From Octopus sinensis (Eukaryota): 64,000 bases of DNA. Shown in pieces: positions 49,905 to 64,000 of the stretch. Where the stretch lies: positions 184,264,001 to 184,328,000 of the forward strand of contig NC_042998.1 of the NCBI RefSeq assembly GCF_006345805.1, read 5' to 3'. The notes under the pieces are model-generated. The model made no database searches and was not told the DNA's origin. It worked only from the letters and a program-made list of their open reading frames with translations. The position numbers and the translations under genes are program-made. Position 1 is the stretch's first letter. Each line of letters starts with the position of its first letter.

Positions 49905-52900
49905 GTGAGTATAGAGGATAAATTTTTAAATATATACTTATAATATAATGCTATTTAATGCAGAACAAATGTATTACGGATTAAAGATATTGACATTGTA
50001 TGTGCTTAAAAATTAATTAGACTTAGATTTCAATGAGCAGCAAGTGCGCGCTTCCTTTAGAAATGCGTGTTAAACATAAATAGCAACATAACTATTGATA
50101 TTATTTTTCTGTTTTGCTACGTGAGCGATTATTTTAGTTCACAAGATAGCTTAACCATTCTCCTTAGTCTGAATATACAAATGCATGTTTCAGTTGAGAA
50201 ACTGGGTTTTAACTATATATTTCTTATTTTTCTTTTCTTTACGGATGTACGTAGGATTTATTGTTCATTTCTTTAGCTATAAAACATACAACTTATTAAT
50301 ATTTTATGCTTTAAACACTTTGAGACGTGTAACAGTCTATTTAATTCGAAATATTAATGTTTTATATCATTGTAACAATACTCTGTATGTCTGTTCACCC
50401 GTCAATAATCCGTATTCAAAGATGACAACCCATTACGTTTTAACTTAACACCAACTATATTTGTTAGATTTTTACATTAAATATGATAGATACATTTCAA
50501 AGTCTTTAATTTCGTCAATTTTTTATCTAAAATTCCTGAAACTATTCCGTATTTTGAGCTTTCAAAACGAATTATTTCTAAACTCTAGCTAAATGAGCCT
50601 CATTTAAGTTTATATAATGGCTAAATATATTCTTGTTTCATTTTATTTTTGGAGAGGATTACTATTAGTTATCACTATTCAAAATTTATAAAATGTATGA
50701 ATATTTTTGGTAAATTTTACCTTTTTTTTTTTTCGTCTAAATGTACATTTGTTTTTCGCTATGTACCACCAAATTATCAGTGTACTGATATATTTTTTTA
50801 ATTTTATTTTGTTGATTCTAATGTTTTAGCTATCACTTTGAGCTAGAAATACTTCAATATTTCTAAGTTTGGAGTTATTAGGAAAAGACAAAAAGAAAAA
50901 AAAACCTTTTAGCATTTTATGATACTATATGAATTTAGTTTTGAATCCTATTTACGTACTTATATTTGTACATGTCTACATTTTCTCAAATGAAATACAT
51001 GAAACACTTAACGCGCACATGCCTTTTCAAATACATGCACAAGCGCGCGACTTTGAAGAGGAAGAGTAATTTGAAAGACTAGGTTCCTTGGTTCATAATT
51101 GAATAAGCTCGGATGTTTCCACATCGCTATAAATCTCTTCGATGAACATGCATTTAGGTTTTCTAGAGGTTCAGTAAGATACTACGTTATACTATACACT
51201 TATTTCTACCTGCAAAGCCCTTGTGAATGCAGGAAAGAATTTTGTTTCATAAGAAATAATTTAGTATTAATTTTCCTTTAATTAGTGTGTATTAGTGACA
51301 AATACCTGTCCATGTTTATCTTTCCAACAATGAACTTATATTATTATTCAAAAGCACCACAGGCTAAAAAACACAAGCAAACATAATTATTCCAGCAGAT
51401 AAACCTTCTTCGTATTACACCCTGTCTTAAGAGAAAAGTTGCAATTTGTCTGAAATATCTTGTTCGGTGGTAGGGGGGATATGCTTAAAGCTGGAATATC
51501 TTTTTGATCCGCGGACTGATCCGAGTTTAAATATCTAGCACCATCATTGTCATAAAATAGAAACATGTTTCAACCCTAAATTTTAGGCCATAATACTTGA
51601 CACTAAAGATGCTCTGTTAAAGGAAGGAATTTCAATGGACATTAGTATATTTACATATCGTTGTTTTGCCTCGGGTCTTATCTTTTTCTCGGACAGGACC
51701 ACAATATCACTCACCCCCATTTTTTTTTTTTTTTTTTTTTTAAGATAGTACAGTGTAATTTGTAGATTTAGCTGTTATTTCTTGTAGGTTGAATACCTTA
51801 TTAGTTGTTGATTTGTTTGCATTGTTATGGATCCTGGGCATTGACTTGCTCTCAAGAGTTCAATAGTTCAGTGTGTGAGTGAAAGGACCAGCTCAAGTAC
51901 CGAAGTTATTGAACAGCATAAAATATGACTACGATTTGGAGGATATAAATATATTTGGAAGCTTTCGGTTTTACATACATTAATCTCGTCATGAACATTT
52001 TTTTTCTCGTTAAAGCACAAAGTGAAAACATAAGCAATATCGATTCTTTTTGAGGTCTCATTGGATCCAAAACCATGAAACAGTTATTGTGTTATGTTTT
52101 CAGCACAAACTGCGCTGTTTAACTGGTTGTAAGTGCATACATATGTGTAAGCAGTTTCCTAACGTTTTATATGCCAAAATTCAAAATTGGGAAATGACTT
52201 ATTAAAAATAACACTTCCGCCTCTGCATTCAAAGTGATTCACTCATATAACATACACAAACAAGATGTGTTCTATTTCTTTTGCTTCGTCTTAAGCTTTC
52301 TTGATAAAATCTGACTATTGTATTTATCTCCCTTTGTTGTCGCTTGGTTTAATAATAATAATGGAATTATTGTATACAGTGCTCAGGTGCACCACAAGCA
52401 AGTTTCTGATACTTTCGCTCGGTTCATCTTTCCCGCACCATTAGCTTTGTATCCATGTATACCCTCTCTGAATTAAGATTGAAAATTAACATTTGATGGT
52501 ACCATTCAGCTAGTCTTATTCTACAGTCTAGATTAACTTTTAGAAGTCATAAGCATTGTTCTTCATCTAACAGTAAACTGAAACAGCAGGAATGAATTGG
52601 TCTGATATTAAAAGACGAGTTAGGTCTAAATCGCATTATTAATGTATCTTGTACAACAGATATTTCAATAAAAGTCTGTTCGCATATGACTGAAAATAGA
52701 AATATTGAAGATGTAGGATATGCACACAAGAACAATCTCTGTAATCATAGGAGCAGCAAAACATGGACTTGGATTATCAGAATCTCTATTCTCTTTGAGA
52801 TCCTGCCTTTGTTTAATAAAAAAAACTTTCAGGAAAAGTATTTTTAAAATCTGGTTTATATCCTCAAATTTGCTTTACCATGGAGTTAAAGAATAATTTT

Positions 52901-54302
52901 GGTAAAGTATACTATACAAAATATAATAAACATTTAATAGAATACAACTATTTAGCATTGTTTTTTTTTTTTTTACATTTAATATTGAATTACTTTGCCA
53001 TTTTTAGTCTACTTTCCTGTGTTGGCTTGTTGTTTGGTTCAACTGTTTCTGTGCCAAATCTTTCCATGCATTTCAGCCTTATGGCTGACATATAAATCCT
53101 TGTTGCTCATTATTCTTTCTCAAATTTTTCTCTTTATCATTAACACTTTCACTAGATGTGACAGTCTTCTACAGGTTTTCCTGCATTTAAGACATTTACC
53201 TCTTAGTCTAACTTGAGATATCGTTCACTATAGTAACCAACCTCCTTTTTCCTTTTGAAAACTGCTACTATGGAAGCACTCGCTCTACCTCCAGTGATTC
53301 ACATAAACTCAGTTATTTACTGCATGTTTCTATGAATATTTAAGCGTGCATAAAATTTCTTATTTTGGTCAGTCACTCCTAAGCCATTTTGAACTTTTTC
53401 CCATTGCAGGCCATTATTCTTCAGACTCTGGCAAAAGCTTTTTCTAGGTGAATAATTACAAAGTAGTTTTGCTTCTAAGTATTTCTTTTGAAATTCTTAC
53501 AGCAAACATAAAATACAGAATTCAATCAAAATCTGTGAACTAACCCATGCCAGCATGGAAAACAGACGTTAAACAATGATGTTAAATAGACATACCTTGA
53601 TTCCTCCTTCTAAATCTTTTAGAGTAGCTGACAGTAGTGATGTTAGGTTAGTCATTAGGTAAAATTGTATTCCTTCTCAATCTAATTTGCTAAGGAAATG
53701 ACTGGTGCTTTTAATATCTCAACTATCTCTGAAGATCCTGCAGATTTTGTTTTCACTTTTTTATTCATTCTCTTGTGTGCATACATATCTATATAAATCA
53801 ACATCATTCATCTGGGAATTTTGTGCCAACAGTTGTGAGATTAACCATTTCTATGGCAAACATATCTCACTCTGGAATTCATTCTCTACCCATGCTATTT
53901 CAGCATTGCCCCACAAATGTTTCACTTGAACGTCACCAATTATGTCGATCTCACAAGGCTGACATGACTTGCAAAAGTTGCCAGATTTGCTTCCACTCTA
54001 CTGACTAATTATAACTTGAATACAAGAATTAATAGTTGACAGGTGCACACAGTCGTTTCCCCCATACCCTACCCCATCACTCCATATGCCTCTTTCTCTT
54101 AGCAATTTAACTATTAAAAAAATCCATCTTGGAAAATATGGTTAACTATTGCTTAACTATTCTAACAGAAGGGTTCTTGACATAGCCTGTTGGTGAACAT
54201 CACACCCCTGCTATGGTGTTTCCGTCTGTCTCCCCAACTCTGTTGGCTGTAACTTGAAATAAAATTTGGATGAAATGGATTCTGCAGACTGCTATGAAAG
54301 TC

Positions 54303-54700
54303 CAAGGTGCATTCCAGAAGTATTCTGACTTTTTTAGGAGAGAAATTTTAAAAATTGTACAAAACTGTTTTTCAAATTAGGACCCTCTGGCTTCAAAGCA
54401 CATCTAGTGCTTCAGCCGCTTAATGCTGTCCACTACCCTTGTTACAGCCTCCTTGATCTTCTCAAATTTGGAACAACCGAAAGTCACAGGGAGCAAGGTC
54501 TGGACTGTAGGGAAGGTTAGGGATAGTTTTGATGCCCATTTCTGTCAAGTAGTTGATTGCCAGGATGAAACTGTGGACTGATGCAGGTACTCTGCCTTTT
54601 GCAATGAAATCTCTTCCTGAACTCCTTCAAAACTACAATTATTTTTGGTTGACTGACCAGAAGGTATCTTGTGGGTGTAGATGATGCTTTTGCTGTTAAA
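54303..54700 (-). mobile_element. Mariner transposase 3' remnant
   Basis: Minus strand reads PYSPDLAPCDF (YSPDL motif) near 54480-54515; TIR-like caaggtgcattccagaag at 54303. Confidence 0.7.
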
Positions 54701-55329
54701 AAAGGGGTATGTTCAGCTTTGCCTGGCTTCTTGTGCCAGCAGCAAACATGCTCGGCTCATGCAAGTTAATCCATAAACTTGGAGCATTTCATAAGCAACA
54801 TTTTTGCTCAGTTTAACAACTTTATTGTATAATGAGCTTCTTGTTCCAATTGCATTCAGAAAACTAGTCAGTTGTGACAAGCAGTGTTTAGTAGGGTGTG
54901 TTCAAAGAGCTCTTACAGTTGTCTCCAAGTCAGCTTATTAGATGTATAATAATGATATACTAAAATTAGAATAATCTAGGACACAAAACTGCCTCTCCTA
55001 AAATAAAGTCTTGAAATTTTGGCATGCACTTTGCAAATCTAGGTAAGAACTGACACAATTGTGTAAAGGGGTCTCAGTCTTATCAATAACACAAAATGCA
55101 TTCAGGAAAGTGGTTTATAACAAGAAGGGCATCCAGCTATCTAAGAACACATCAGCATGATTGTCAAGTCAGTGAAAAGTCCTAATTGCATATACAGAGC
55201 CTACATTTATGTTAGAACTGTGCTCAATAGTGGGTGAGTAGCCAGTTGCAAACACCTGGCCATGCTGTGAGAATTCGTGCAATCATTTGATGATGGTCAA
55301 ATGAAAACTTGACCATTATAAAATGATTT

Positions 55330-57890
55330 CACTATCTCTCTTCCCTTTCTGATGCAGAAAGTCCACCACCAGAAACTCCCCTGCTCCACTGGTAGGTACA
55401 AAACTTGAGGACTGGCACCATCAGCTTTGTCACAATGAAAAGTGGGTCTGAAGAGATTATAGAGATATTAGTGAAATGAGTAGATGTACTCTCTTACAAG
55501 AGGTAAGAGCAGTGCCTCAGCTAGACTTGTAATGGGTAAAGAACAGAAGTGCAAATTTTTGTTGGTATGTAACAGTACTGGAGTTGGAAATGTAGACCTG
55601 TTAGTACAGAAATGGATAAAGAATTAAAGTCATCAGAATATGTGATCATTAAGTTTAGACTAGTCATATGACATATCTAAATCAGGACTGAATGAATAAA
55701 AAGACTACTTTTATGAATTTCTTTTGCCTCCCTCTTTGATAATAGCATCAAGATTGGTGACATCATTGAACATGGTAGCTATTCCAAACATACAAGACTA
55801 TGTTTATGGTACATGGAGTGAATAGAGATATATGAATTCACTATTTGCAACACTACGTTCAAGAAATCATTCATCCATCTTATCACCTACCACTCCAGCA
55901 GATACACAAACTATATACATGTCCCACTTACTAGGGAAAAGACTAGGCAGATGATTGTGAATACAAAGTCTTTCACCAATGAAGAATGCACCACTTAACA
56001 TTGATTAGTGATATCAGTAAGACCTAGGCAGATCCAAAAGCACAAGACAACCCAGAGAAGGAAAATATGGAAACTGTTAAATTTCTTGGCCAAGTATATA
56101 TCTATCCTGTAATATAGACAATTTGGAGTTTCTTTGAGATAGCCTACTGCAAAATACAGACCATATCTGTAAATGGGACAAGGATTTAATCAAGCAGAAA
56201 GTGATGAAGTTGTGGATTGGCATGGTAGATAAAGCCTTAAAATCTAAAAAAAAACAAGCCTGGAAAGATTAAAGGCAGAGCAAAGAATATAGATGGGTGC
56301 AATGTGTAGCCAGGAGGGAAGCTGTAAGAGGTTTGTCAATATTCTGTGATAAGAGGATTAGAGGATAAAGTGCTCCACTGCAAAGTAGTGTGCCGGTGTG
56401 AAATGGGATGCAGTGAGGGGAAAATGTGTATGCAATCATAGCAGTGCACTGACATAAGTGGCCTAGAAATGTTATTGTAAGGAAGTTGCTGAATGAAGAG
56501 AAAATGAGAGACTGGGTCTATTCTAAGTATACCCAGTTTCTATTGAAATTAACTGCTTTATGGTTGAAATTTCCATTAAAGATGTACGAGATACTGAAAA
56601 CATTCTGCAAAGCAAGACCTGCATTAGTCTTTTATATAGTCAAGTAGTATAGGAACATACCATATGCAGTGATTTTATGTCAATGTCATTAACTGCTACA
56701 AGAGTGAAGTCTCTCTAGAAAGATGGACAGAAACTACAGAGCCATCACATTAACAGACCAAAAGGCAAAAATATTAGCTTAGATGTTACGTAGTTTGGCT
56801 TTGTACTTGGATGGGGGACTACTGATATCCTCTTCTTGGTGAGACAAGTTATTTGCAAAAAAAAAAAAACCCACTATGCATAGCAATTTTGACCCGGAGA
56901 AGGTAATTTGACAGTGCTGTGCTCTGTAGGATGGTTGCTACCAAGAAACCTAGGTATAGATGAATAGCATGTTCAATGATAAATTTACATGCAAGCAGGT
57001 GTCCAACAGGGCTCCATTTTTGTTACAGTTCTCCAGGCCATGATGGTTTCAAACTGTTTGTGGGAACTTTTGTATACCAATGATCTAATTTTCACTGTTG
57101 AATCTTGAAAAATTAAAGAAGCGATTTGAAATATGGAAGCAAACCTAAAATTGTAAGTTCTAAAAGAAAATCTAGCAAAGATAAAAATTTTAGTTATCAA
57201 GAAAGAAAGCAAAAACTTCACTGCCTTCTGAGAACTGGATGTGATCAGTATGTAGAAAAGGAGTAGGTGAATAAATACTGTACCTGGTGTAATGTATGGG
57301 TGTCCAAGTGATGTAGTGGAATTGCAGCCTTCGTGTGTAGCAGAAATACAAGAATAATTAGTTGTAAGAGCAGTTGCTCAGTGGATAGCTGATAGTATGT
57401 TACCTTTTCAAGTGGATAAGAGCATTTCAAAAACATTGCACTGGAGTAAGAAGTGAAAAGTGTTTAGGGAGTGATTACTCTGCCTGACAACAAAGGGATT
57501 CTCTTTCTGATTGAAGAACTGATTGTATGATACTTGTGAATGAAGTGCAATATTGCATGGTTGTGAAATGTAAGCATTGAATACATAAGGAAGATCTGGA
57601 TCTAGTTTGCTAGAGGAAACTGAACTGGTATGGGATAAGTGATGCGTGTAGAAAATGACAGTTGGGTAACGAGGTATAAAGTAATTGAAGTGCAATGAAC
57701 TTACAGAAGAGGAAGACATGGGACAAAGTGGTGAAAGCTAATCTTGCGAGGCTGAATCTCACAAGAGATTGCAATAAGTGGCGGGATGTTCTGCTAGACC
57801 TATTCAAGCCATACAACCATGGAAGAGCAGACATAAAATGTAGAAATTACAATAGATGAACTTAAAGGCTGCAGGCTGCCAGTAAGTCCC
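55330..57890 (+). mobile_element. RTE-type LINE remnant (endonuclease to RT) in PATL1 intron 1
   Basis: Degraded coding-like purine-rich sequence with RT-like segments (G..TDI..L.RQ; GV.QGS; LY.NDL); boundaries approximate. Confidence 0.65.
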
Positions 57891-58979
57891 TTTGGTATAA
57901 ATTCCTTAAGTTCTGTGGTTGCAACATGGTATCAAGTTAGAGAAGACTTGATTTATCAGACCTGTATTTTTGATAGTCTGTGCAGCATATGGACAATTAA
58001 CTATTAAATAAGTATACCACAAGAAATAGTAAATATATATTATATATAAAAGGAAACAAAAATACGCCTATTCAAACTGCACATAAACACTATTAACGAA
58101 TAATTTGTGATAATTGAATATGCAAATTTAGCTGACTGCTTGACAGTTTTCAATGTATGAGAATTTCATAGGTACTTAAGTTGAGTGGTGGACCATATGA
58201 ATATTTTTTTAATTGCACTTGATAGAAAATATTTTTAAAATGTGGAATGTGAGAACTTTCCATTGAAAAACAGTAAGTTGGTAAAAAAAAATTTAGACTT
58301 TCTTCGTAAATCTGATCTCGTAAGTTTTTTAAAAAAAGCAAAAAAACAGTATGGTAATGATTAAAAGGATGCTCAAAGCTTTGAAGTAACAATGATAAAT
58401 GTAAAGAAATTGTGAATTTTCCTTTCTATTTCACGACTGTAAGTAAATGGACATGCTTGATGAGCAGGACGGGTAATAAGTTTATGTAATTGCTGAATGT
58501 TCAGGAAACTTTGCTGTCTTTAAATCATTAACATCTATTGTTTTTTTGTAAGATGTTCTTAGTTAAAATGTTTGTCAAACAATTGCTCCATACTGTAACT
58601 CTGCTTAAATTACAAGTTGGAAGAAAAGTAAAATATGTTTATAATATTTAAAAATAGCTAAGTTTATGACATATCTAATGATGAAATGCTGGTTCCTGAT
58701 CCCTTAACTGTTGTGTTTTGAAGGTGACACAGTACCGGTATGTCTACTATTTGTCTGAAATTGCAGTATATATTCTAACCTAATCTTTAGTCTTGCTTCT
58801 TTTTCATTGTATCTTGTTGATAGTTTGAATCTTTTTCTGCAAGCGATGTTACTTTTAGAAGTTTCTGGTGTGTTTCTTTATCCTTTATATTCAACTCCTC
58901 TGCTCTATAGAAGGTCAATATTTCATATTTATTTAAACCATTGCCTCATAGATGAGTAACTGTACAGCATAATTCAACT

Positions 58980-59215
58980 TATCATCATCATCATCGTTTA
59001 ATGTCCGTTTTCTGCGCTAGCACGGGTTGGACGGTTCGACCAGGGGCTGCACCAGGCTCCAGTCTGATCTGGCAGTTTCTACAGCTGGATGCCCTTCCTA
59101 ACACCAACCACTCCACGAGTGTAGTGGGTGCTTTTTACGTGCAACCTGCACAGGTGCCAGGGGTAGGGTCCAGCATCGGCCACGATCGGTTGGAGCTTTT
59201 TATGTGGAAGCCAGC
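58980..59215 (-). mobile_element. Retroposon 3'-end family with (GAT)n tail (RTE 3' UTR-like)
   Basis: catcatcatcgtttaatgtccg...ctggatgcccttcctaac; further copies near 1000-1180, 4600-4760, 11990-12160, 14130-14940, 31990-32180, 46435-46640 and 60420-60740. Confidence 0.75.
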
Positions 59216-59860
59216 CAATATCTAAATATTAATTTTGAACCTGTAGGAGGACAATTTTTTGTATATGAAACTATTGTTCTTTTGCTCATCATTCTCTCAC
59301 CATCACTCAACCCTATTACTATTCAAATTTATCAGACCAGCAAACATGTAGCTGCCAGTATTGCCTCTTGTATTACTTGTTCTCAATACTTTCATTCTTA
59401 CATCACTCCACTTTCACACTGTTTCCCCACAATATCTCTACTCCTTTTACTCTAGCCCCACTGTCATTGCTCTCTTCTATTGACCCCACTCTTGGTCATG
59501 CTACCTCCAAATGAAGGTCCTTTAGTTTTGTTCAAGACATGAAAGCCTCTCTGATGTTGGTACCATAATAAAAATGCACTGGCTTTTTGGTGCTAGGAAA
59601 GTCATCTAACCATAGAATTCATACCAAAATTGGGATGTATGAACAAGATATGATCCTTTGACTGACTTAGGAGGCAAAACTCTGAACTCTGATTTGGACT
59701 GTGTCAATCTGTACAATTTATGCTGTAAAATAATGATTAGCTTTTCCCTTTGTTGAAGAAATGTAGAACATGTGAGCATGAAGCAGAAAATATTAATTTC
59801 AGTCTTGGATATCTGAAAATAAGCTTAATAGTCTAACTGGTATATATTTTTTTGCTGCAG

Positions 59861-59972
59861 GCTCTTGGAGCAGGGAAACTTGGAGAATATGATAATGAAC
59901 TAATTGAAGCCCCAGAAGATGAAGAAGACAATGATCTCCGAAATGATGAAACTTTTGGACTTTCTGATGATG
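59861..59972 (+). CDS. PATL1: PATL1 coding exon 2
   Basis: tttgctgcag/gtaatt; 112 nt; ALGAGKLGEYDNELIEAPEDEEDNDLRNDETFGLSDD carries the Pat1 hallmark D..ND[DE]TFG. Confidence 0.88.
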
Positions 59973-60393
59973 GTAATTTAAAAAAATTTTTGTTGTTGAC
60001 ACACTCAAAACCTATGTTATCTCAATATATTTTACATATATGCTTTTTCCTCTAAATTTTACCTAATTTATTATAAGTTTTTGTGTTCTTTCTCTTAAAA
60101 CATTGAGTGAAGTGAGCCAAGGAGGAACCTATAATGGTTGCTTGAATGTCTTGAGACAGCAAGCCAAATCATATCCTACTGTTTTAAAATATGAAGACAG
60201 TATAATGTAGTTTTAATAAACATTCTTGAGGAAAAGAAACAGGTGGTCACAACTTTGATACCTTTTAATAGGTTATTCAGTTGGGATCAACTTGGTGCTG
60301 GGTTTTCTATGCATGATTCATAGCAGTCTTGGCAATCTTGGAGTAAAATATTTCATTTAATAAAAAAAATATTTGAATATATAACCTAATAAC

Positions 60394-60431
<38 letters not shown>

Positions 60432-60752
60432 TATACACATCATTTAATGTCTGTTGTCCATGCTGGCATGGATTGGATGGTTTGACTGGGCTGGAAGGCT
60501 GCACCAAACTTCAGTCTGATTTGGCATGGTATTTTACGGCTGCATGCCTTTACTATTACCAACTACCTTGAGAGTAATGGGTGCTTTTACATGCCACTGG
60601 CATGGGTGCCAATTTGCATGACACCAGTGTCTGCCACAACTGATTTTGCTTGGCTTGATGTGTCTTCTTCTCAAGCACAACATAATGCAAAGGTCTTGGT
60701 CATTGCCGCTGTGAGGTCCAAGGAACTCTGTCACTTTTCCTGCATGAGGCCC

Positions 60753-60783
<31 letters not shown>

Positions 60784-61884
60784 TTATATGCATATATACA
60801 CACATGCCTACATATGTATGTATATGTACATGCAACGAACGCTAAATGATGATGATGAGTACAGGATGTCATAAAAAATGTGAACAAAAGGAGAAATGAG
60901 AACATAAACAAAAGCATGGAAAACAAACTTTTTTGAACAACGAAAGAAACAGAGAAACGAGACAGGCAGCATAAAGAACATTCCCTTCATCAGTTGTCCC
61001 CTGTTTTTTCTACTCTATGTTTTGAAGGTAGGGACAAGACGCGACTTTGTTAAAACAATCCTTCCCGCAAAGCAAATTAAATAAAATTTGGGATTTTTTG
61101 TGGAGGGTTAAAGTGGTAAGAAAAACAGGACAGTAAAAACAAACGGTGAGGGCTGTTAAGCCATTACGAGGTGGAGTGGTGAACGCTGGAAAAATGAGCG
61201 TTGAGAAGAGACAGGCAAAAGCACGTTTTTATGGAGGAAGTGGAAGAAAGATAGATAGCCGTTGGTCACTTGTAAATTAACGAGAGTCAAGGAGGAGGAA
61301 AGAGAAGGGGAGAGAAAATTTAGAGAAAGGGTGGGAGAATAAAACAATGGTAGAACAAGAGAGGGTGATAGAATAGATAGGTTGTAGAGTGCGCATCAGT
61401 ATTAAGATAAAACTTACTTGGAAATGGATGCATGGCGTTTGACTATATAATATATATATGTGTGTGTGTGTGCATATATACACACATACATGTACATGCC
61501 TACATATGTGTGTGTTTGTGTGTATGTATGTATATATATATATATGAAATGGGGTTAAATGCAGGTGTTATTCAAATCTTTATACTTCTGACATATGTTT
61601 CGAAGAAAACATTGGTGTTATTCCAGAGGAAATAAAATGATGTAAAACAATGCTATCTTTTCATCAAAGGGAAAAAAAAGAGAAACAAAGCACATCAATA
61701 AGCCATTTTAACCGAATGTGATGACTGCATATATTTTTCCATGTTATTTGTGCACATTGAAAAAATAGACATATATATATTGATTAGATAGAAAAATAAA
61801 TTAAGATATTGATATGGACTCTTATGTGTTGCTTATTGCTAGGTAGATTAAAAATAAAATTTTAATATTTTTTTCATTTATCAG

Positions 61885-62048
61885 CATATGAATGGCAGGA
61901 AGACCATAATCCATTACAGGCAGGTTTTCCGCTTAATAACAGACCAATTGAAAATCAGGGTCTTGAAAAATCATCTAAGTTGTCTCAGGAGATCACCCCC
62001 AAAGCATTCCTAGATGAGAATTTCGAGGATGTCTTCCGAATACAGGAG
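61885..62048 (+). CDS. PATL1: PATL1 coding exon 3
   Basis: tttatcag/gtattt; 164 nt, phase 1/0; AYEWQEDHNPLQ...EDVFRIQE, compare human DDDWQEAH directly after NDDTFG. Confidence 0.85.
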
Positions 62049-63265
62049 GTATTTATTTTCATGTGAAGTTATTTCTCTTTATATTTAACCTTGTTTATTT
62101 ATGCATAATCTTCTTTCATCATAGCCAAACTGTACTAAGGGTATTGAGTTTGTCCAACAAAGGAATATTGCTTTAATTCTGCAATGTCACACATCTATTT
62201 CATCAGTGACATTATTATCTCTTATATGGTGTTAAAATATAGCTTTTCATTTTATTGTTAACAATCCAGTCTTTAGTTCAACATTTATTTTTTTCTTTGC
62301 TGACTTATTATACATTGTGAAGGTGTGTAGTTTTGTTTTTAGACTCGTGATTGTATTCCTAAAAAAAATCTTTTAACTGAAAAACATGTTGGGGTTGTTA
62401 ATATGAAGAGCCTCTGATTATTAAATTAATTCCTGTCAAATCCATTCTTGTATGGAAATGTGGGCATTCTTTAAGGATATATAAGATTAATGATTTCCCT
62501 ATAATAATTTTGCAGTGAAAATTTCCAGAACCTGCATGTTTGACAACAGAAGAATAATGATTTTTTAACCTAGTTAAGTATTATTCCACTTCAGTACCAT
62601 TAGAATTATACATGCTATTAGTCAGATCCTAAAGGCATCTATAGAAATCTGGAAATGATCATAAGTGGTTACATTACCTGACAATATAGTGCATATGACT
62701 TATTTTGTATTAATCTCATGTATAATTAAATTGTTATGTAAACTTATATGTTGAACAAAGTTTTTCTCTTAGCAATTTTTCATTCTAATAACAATATTTA
62801 ATTTGTGCAATGGCTTATTCAGTATGAGAATCGTTTTATTGGGTAGAGTGTGTCTGTATAGCTATTATCTCTTTAAATTGTTAATGTTCTGCTTTACTTT
62901 TCAGTATATAACTTAAATCAGTTGACTTATCTTTTAAGGTTTTGATTGAAATGTTAGAGCTCACTATTGATTGTTCTATGTATTGAGCAATAGGAATGCC
63001 CTATTTTCAAAATACCATGGGATATTTAGTTATGATCCTTTATGTTCTCAGTTCAATCCCACTGCGGTCAACATTGCTTTTCATCCTTTCAGGGTCAATA
63101 AAATGAACAGCTAAATACTTAGGTTGATTTAATCATATCTTTCTCCAAAAAAATGTGTATCCCTTCTCCCAATCTTAAAAATCAAGATGAGAAAATGTTG
63201 AAGTTCATTAGTCCTCATCAAAAAGAAAACTGTCTAAACGAAGGCTTTTTTATTTTCTATTTCAG

Positions 63266-63403
63266 GAGTTTCTGGAAGAAAGTATTTACAATCTTGTGGT
63301 TGATGATGATGAAGAGGAGGATGAGAGGCTTGATTTGTCTGAGAAGAGATTTAGTGGCAATACATCAGTCTCCAATTCAAGTTATGCTAAAGATGTACCA
63401 AAA
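63266..63403 (+). CDS. PATL1: PATL1 coding exon 4
   Basis: tatttcag/gtaagc; 138 nt, phase 0/0; EFLEESIYNLVVDDDEEEDERLDLSEKRFSGNTSVSNSSYAKDVPK, compare human EENLAERLSKMVIENELED. Confidence 0.82.
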
Positions 63404-63714
63404 GTAAGCAAGGCAGTGACCTTTGTAACATATGTAATTGTCCAAAGTAGTATTCAAAGTAGGGAACGTTTCTAGGGTCAGTCGCGTTGGAAAGATAATG
63501 TCTTGAAACAAAGGATCGTTGGATAAAGATCCTAGCTTTCCCCAAAGCTGATGGTTCTGATTATGACTCTGAATTTGAGAAGCTGAAATCTGCAAATAGT
63601 AGAATCTATGATTTATTATAGTATCTATAATTGTTTCATTGAATAAGTTAAATTCCTCTTCTGAACTGTTTACATGTAATCTTACACAGTAATATTTAAT
63701 TTTTTTTAATTTAG

Positions 63715-63783
63715 AAACCTATTAATCTTAATCATTTGTTTGGTCCATCATCTCCTCCTGGACTTTTGGATACTGAGCACTTG
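63715..63783 (+). CDS. PATL1: PATL1 coding exon 5; gene continues beyond window
   Basis: taatttag/gtaaga; 69 nt, phase 0/0; KPINLNHLFGPSSPPGLLDTEHL. Confidence 0.75.
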
Positions 63784-64000
63784 GTAAGATTATTATTATT
63801 ACTCTTATTATTATTATTATTATTCTTATTATTATTCTTATTTTACTCTTATTAGTATCAAAGGCAGTGGACTGGAATTTGTAGAGGACTGAACAAAAAA
63901 CAACTTAAATCATATTCTTCTACAATTGAAGTTCATGAACTGCCAATTTGTTGTTGCATTGGCAAACCCTATTCCTGAAGTTTGTGGTCTGTGCCAATGT

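Overview
AT-rich, repeat-dense animal DNA. The SINE families and microsatellite load look like an octopus or other coleoid cephalopod; this is an inference, not a database hit. Three spliced genes can be read directly: the last two coding exons of a tetraspanin (+, 156-1494); a 7-coding-exon DEAF1 SAND-domain transcription factor (-, 49391 to 24711) that ends in an extended coiled coil with no MYND finger visible in the window; and the first five coding exons of PATL1/Pat1 (+, from 49866), head-to-head with DEAF1 across about 475 bp. The rest is tRNA-derived SINEs, CR1- and RTE-type LINE remnants, mariner/pogo/hAT/piggyBac-type MITEs, non-autonomous Helitrons and microsatellites. Unusual structures: a 2.8-kb foldback palindrome built from 489-bp tandem units, one of three adjacent palindromes in DEAF1 intron 1; a GC-rich unit repeated in alternating orientation with flip/flop hairpin junctions at 15.9-16.8 kb; and a decayed type I hammerhead ribozyme motif at 8.7 kb. 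All exon coordinates were derived by hand and no searches were run.
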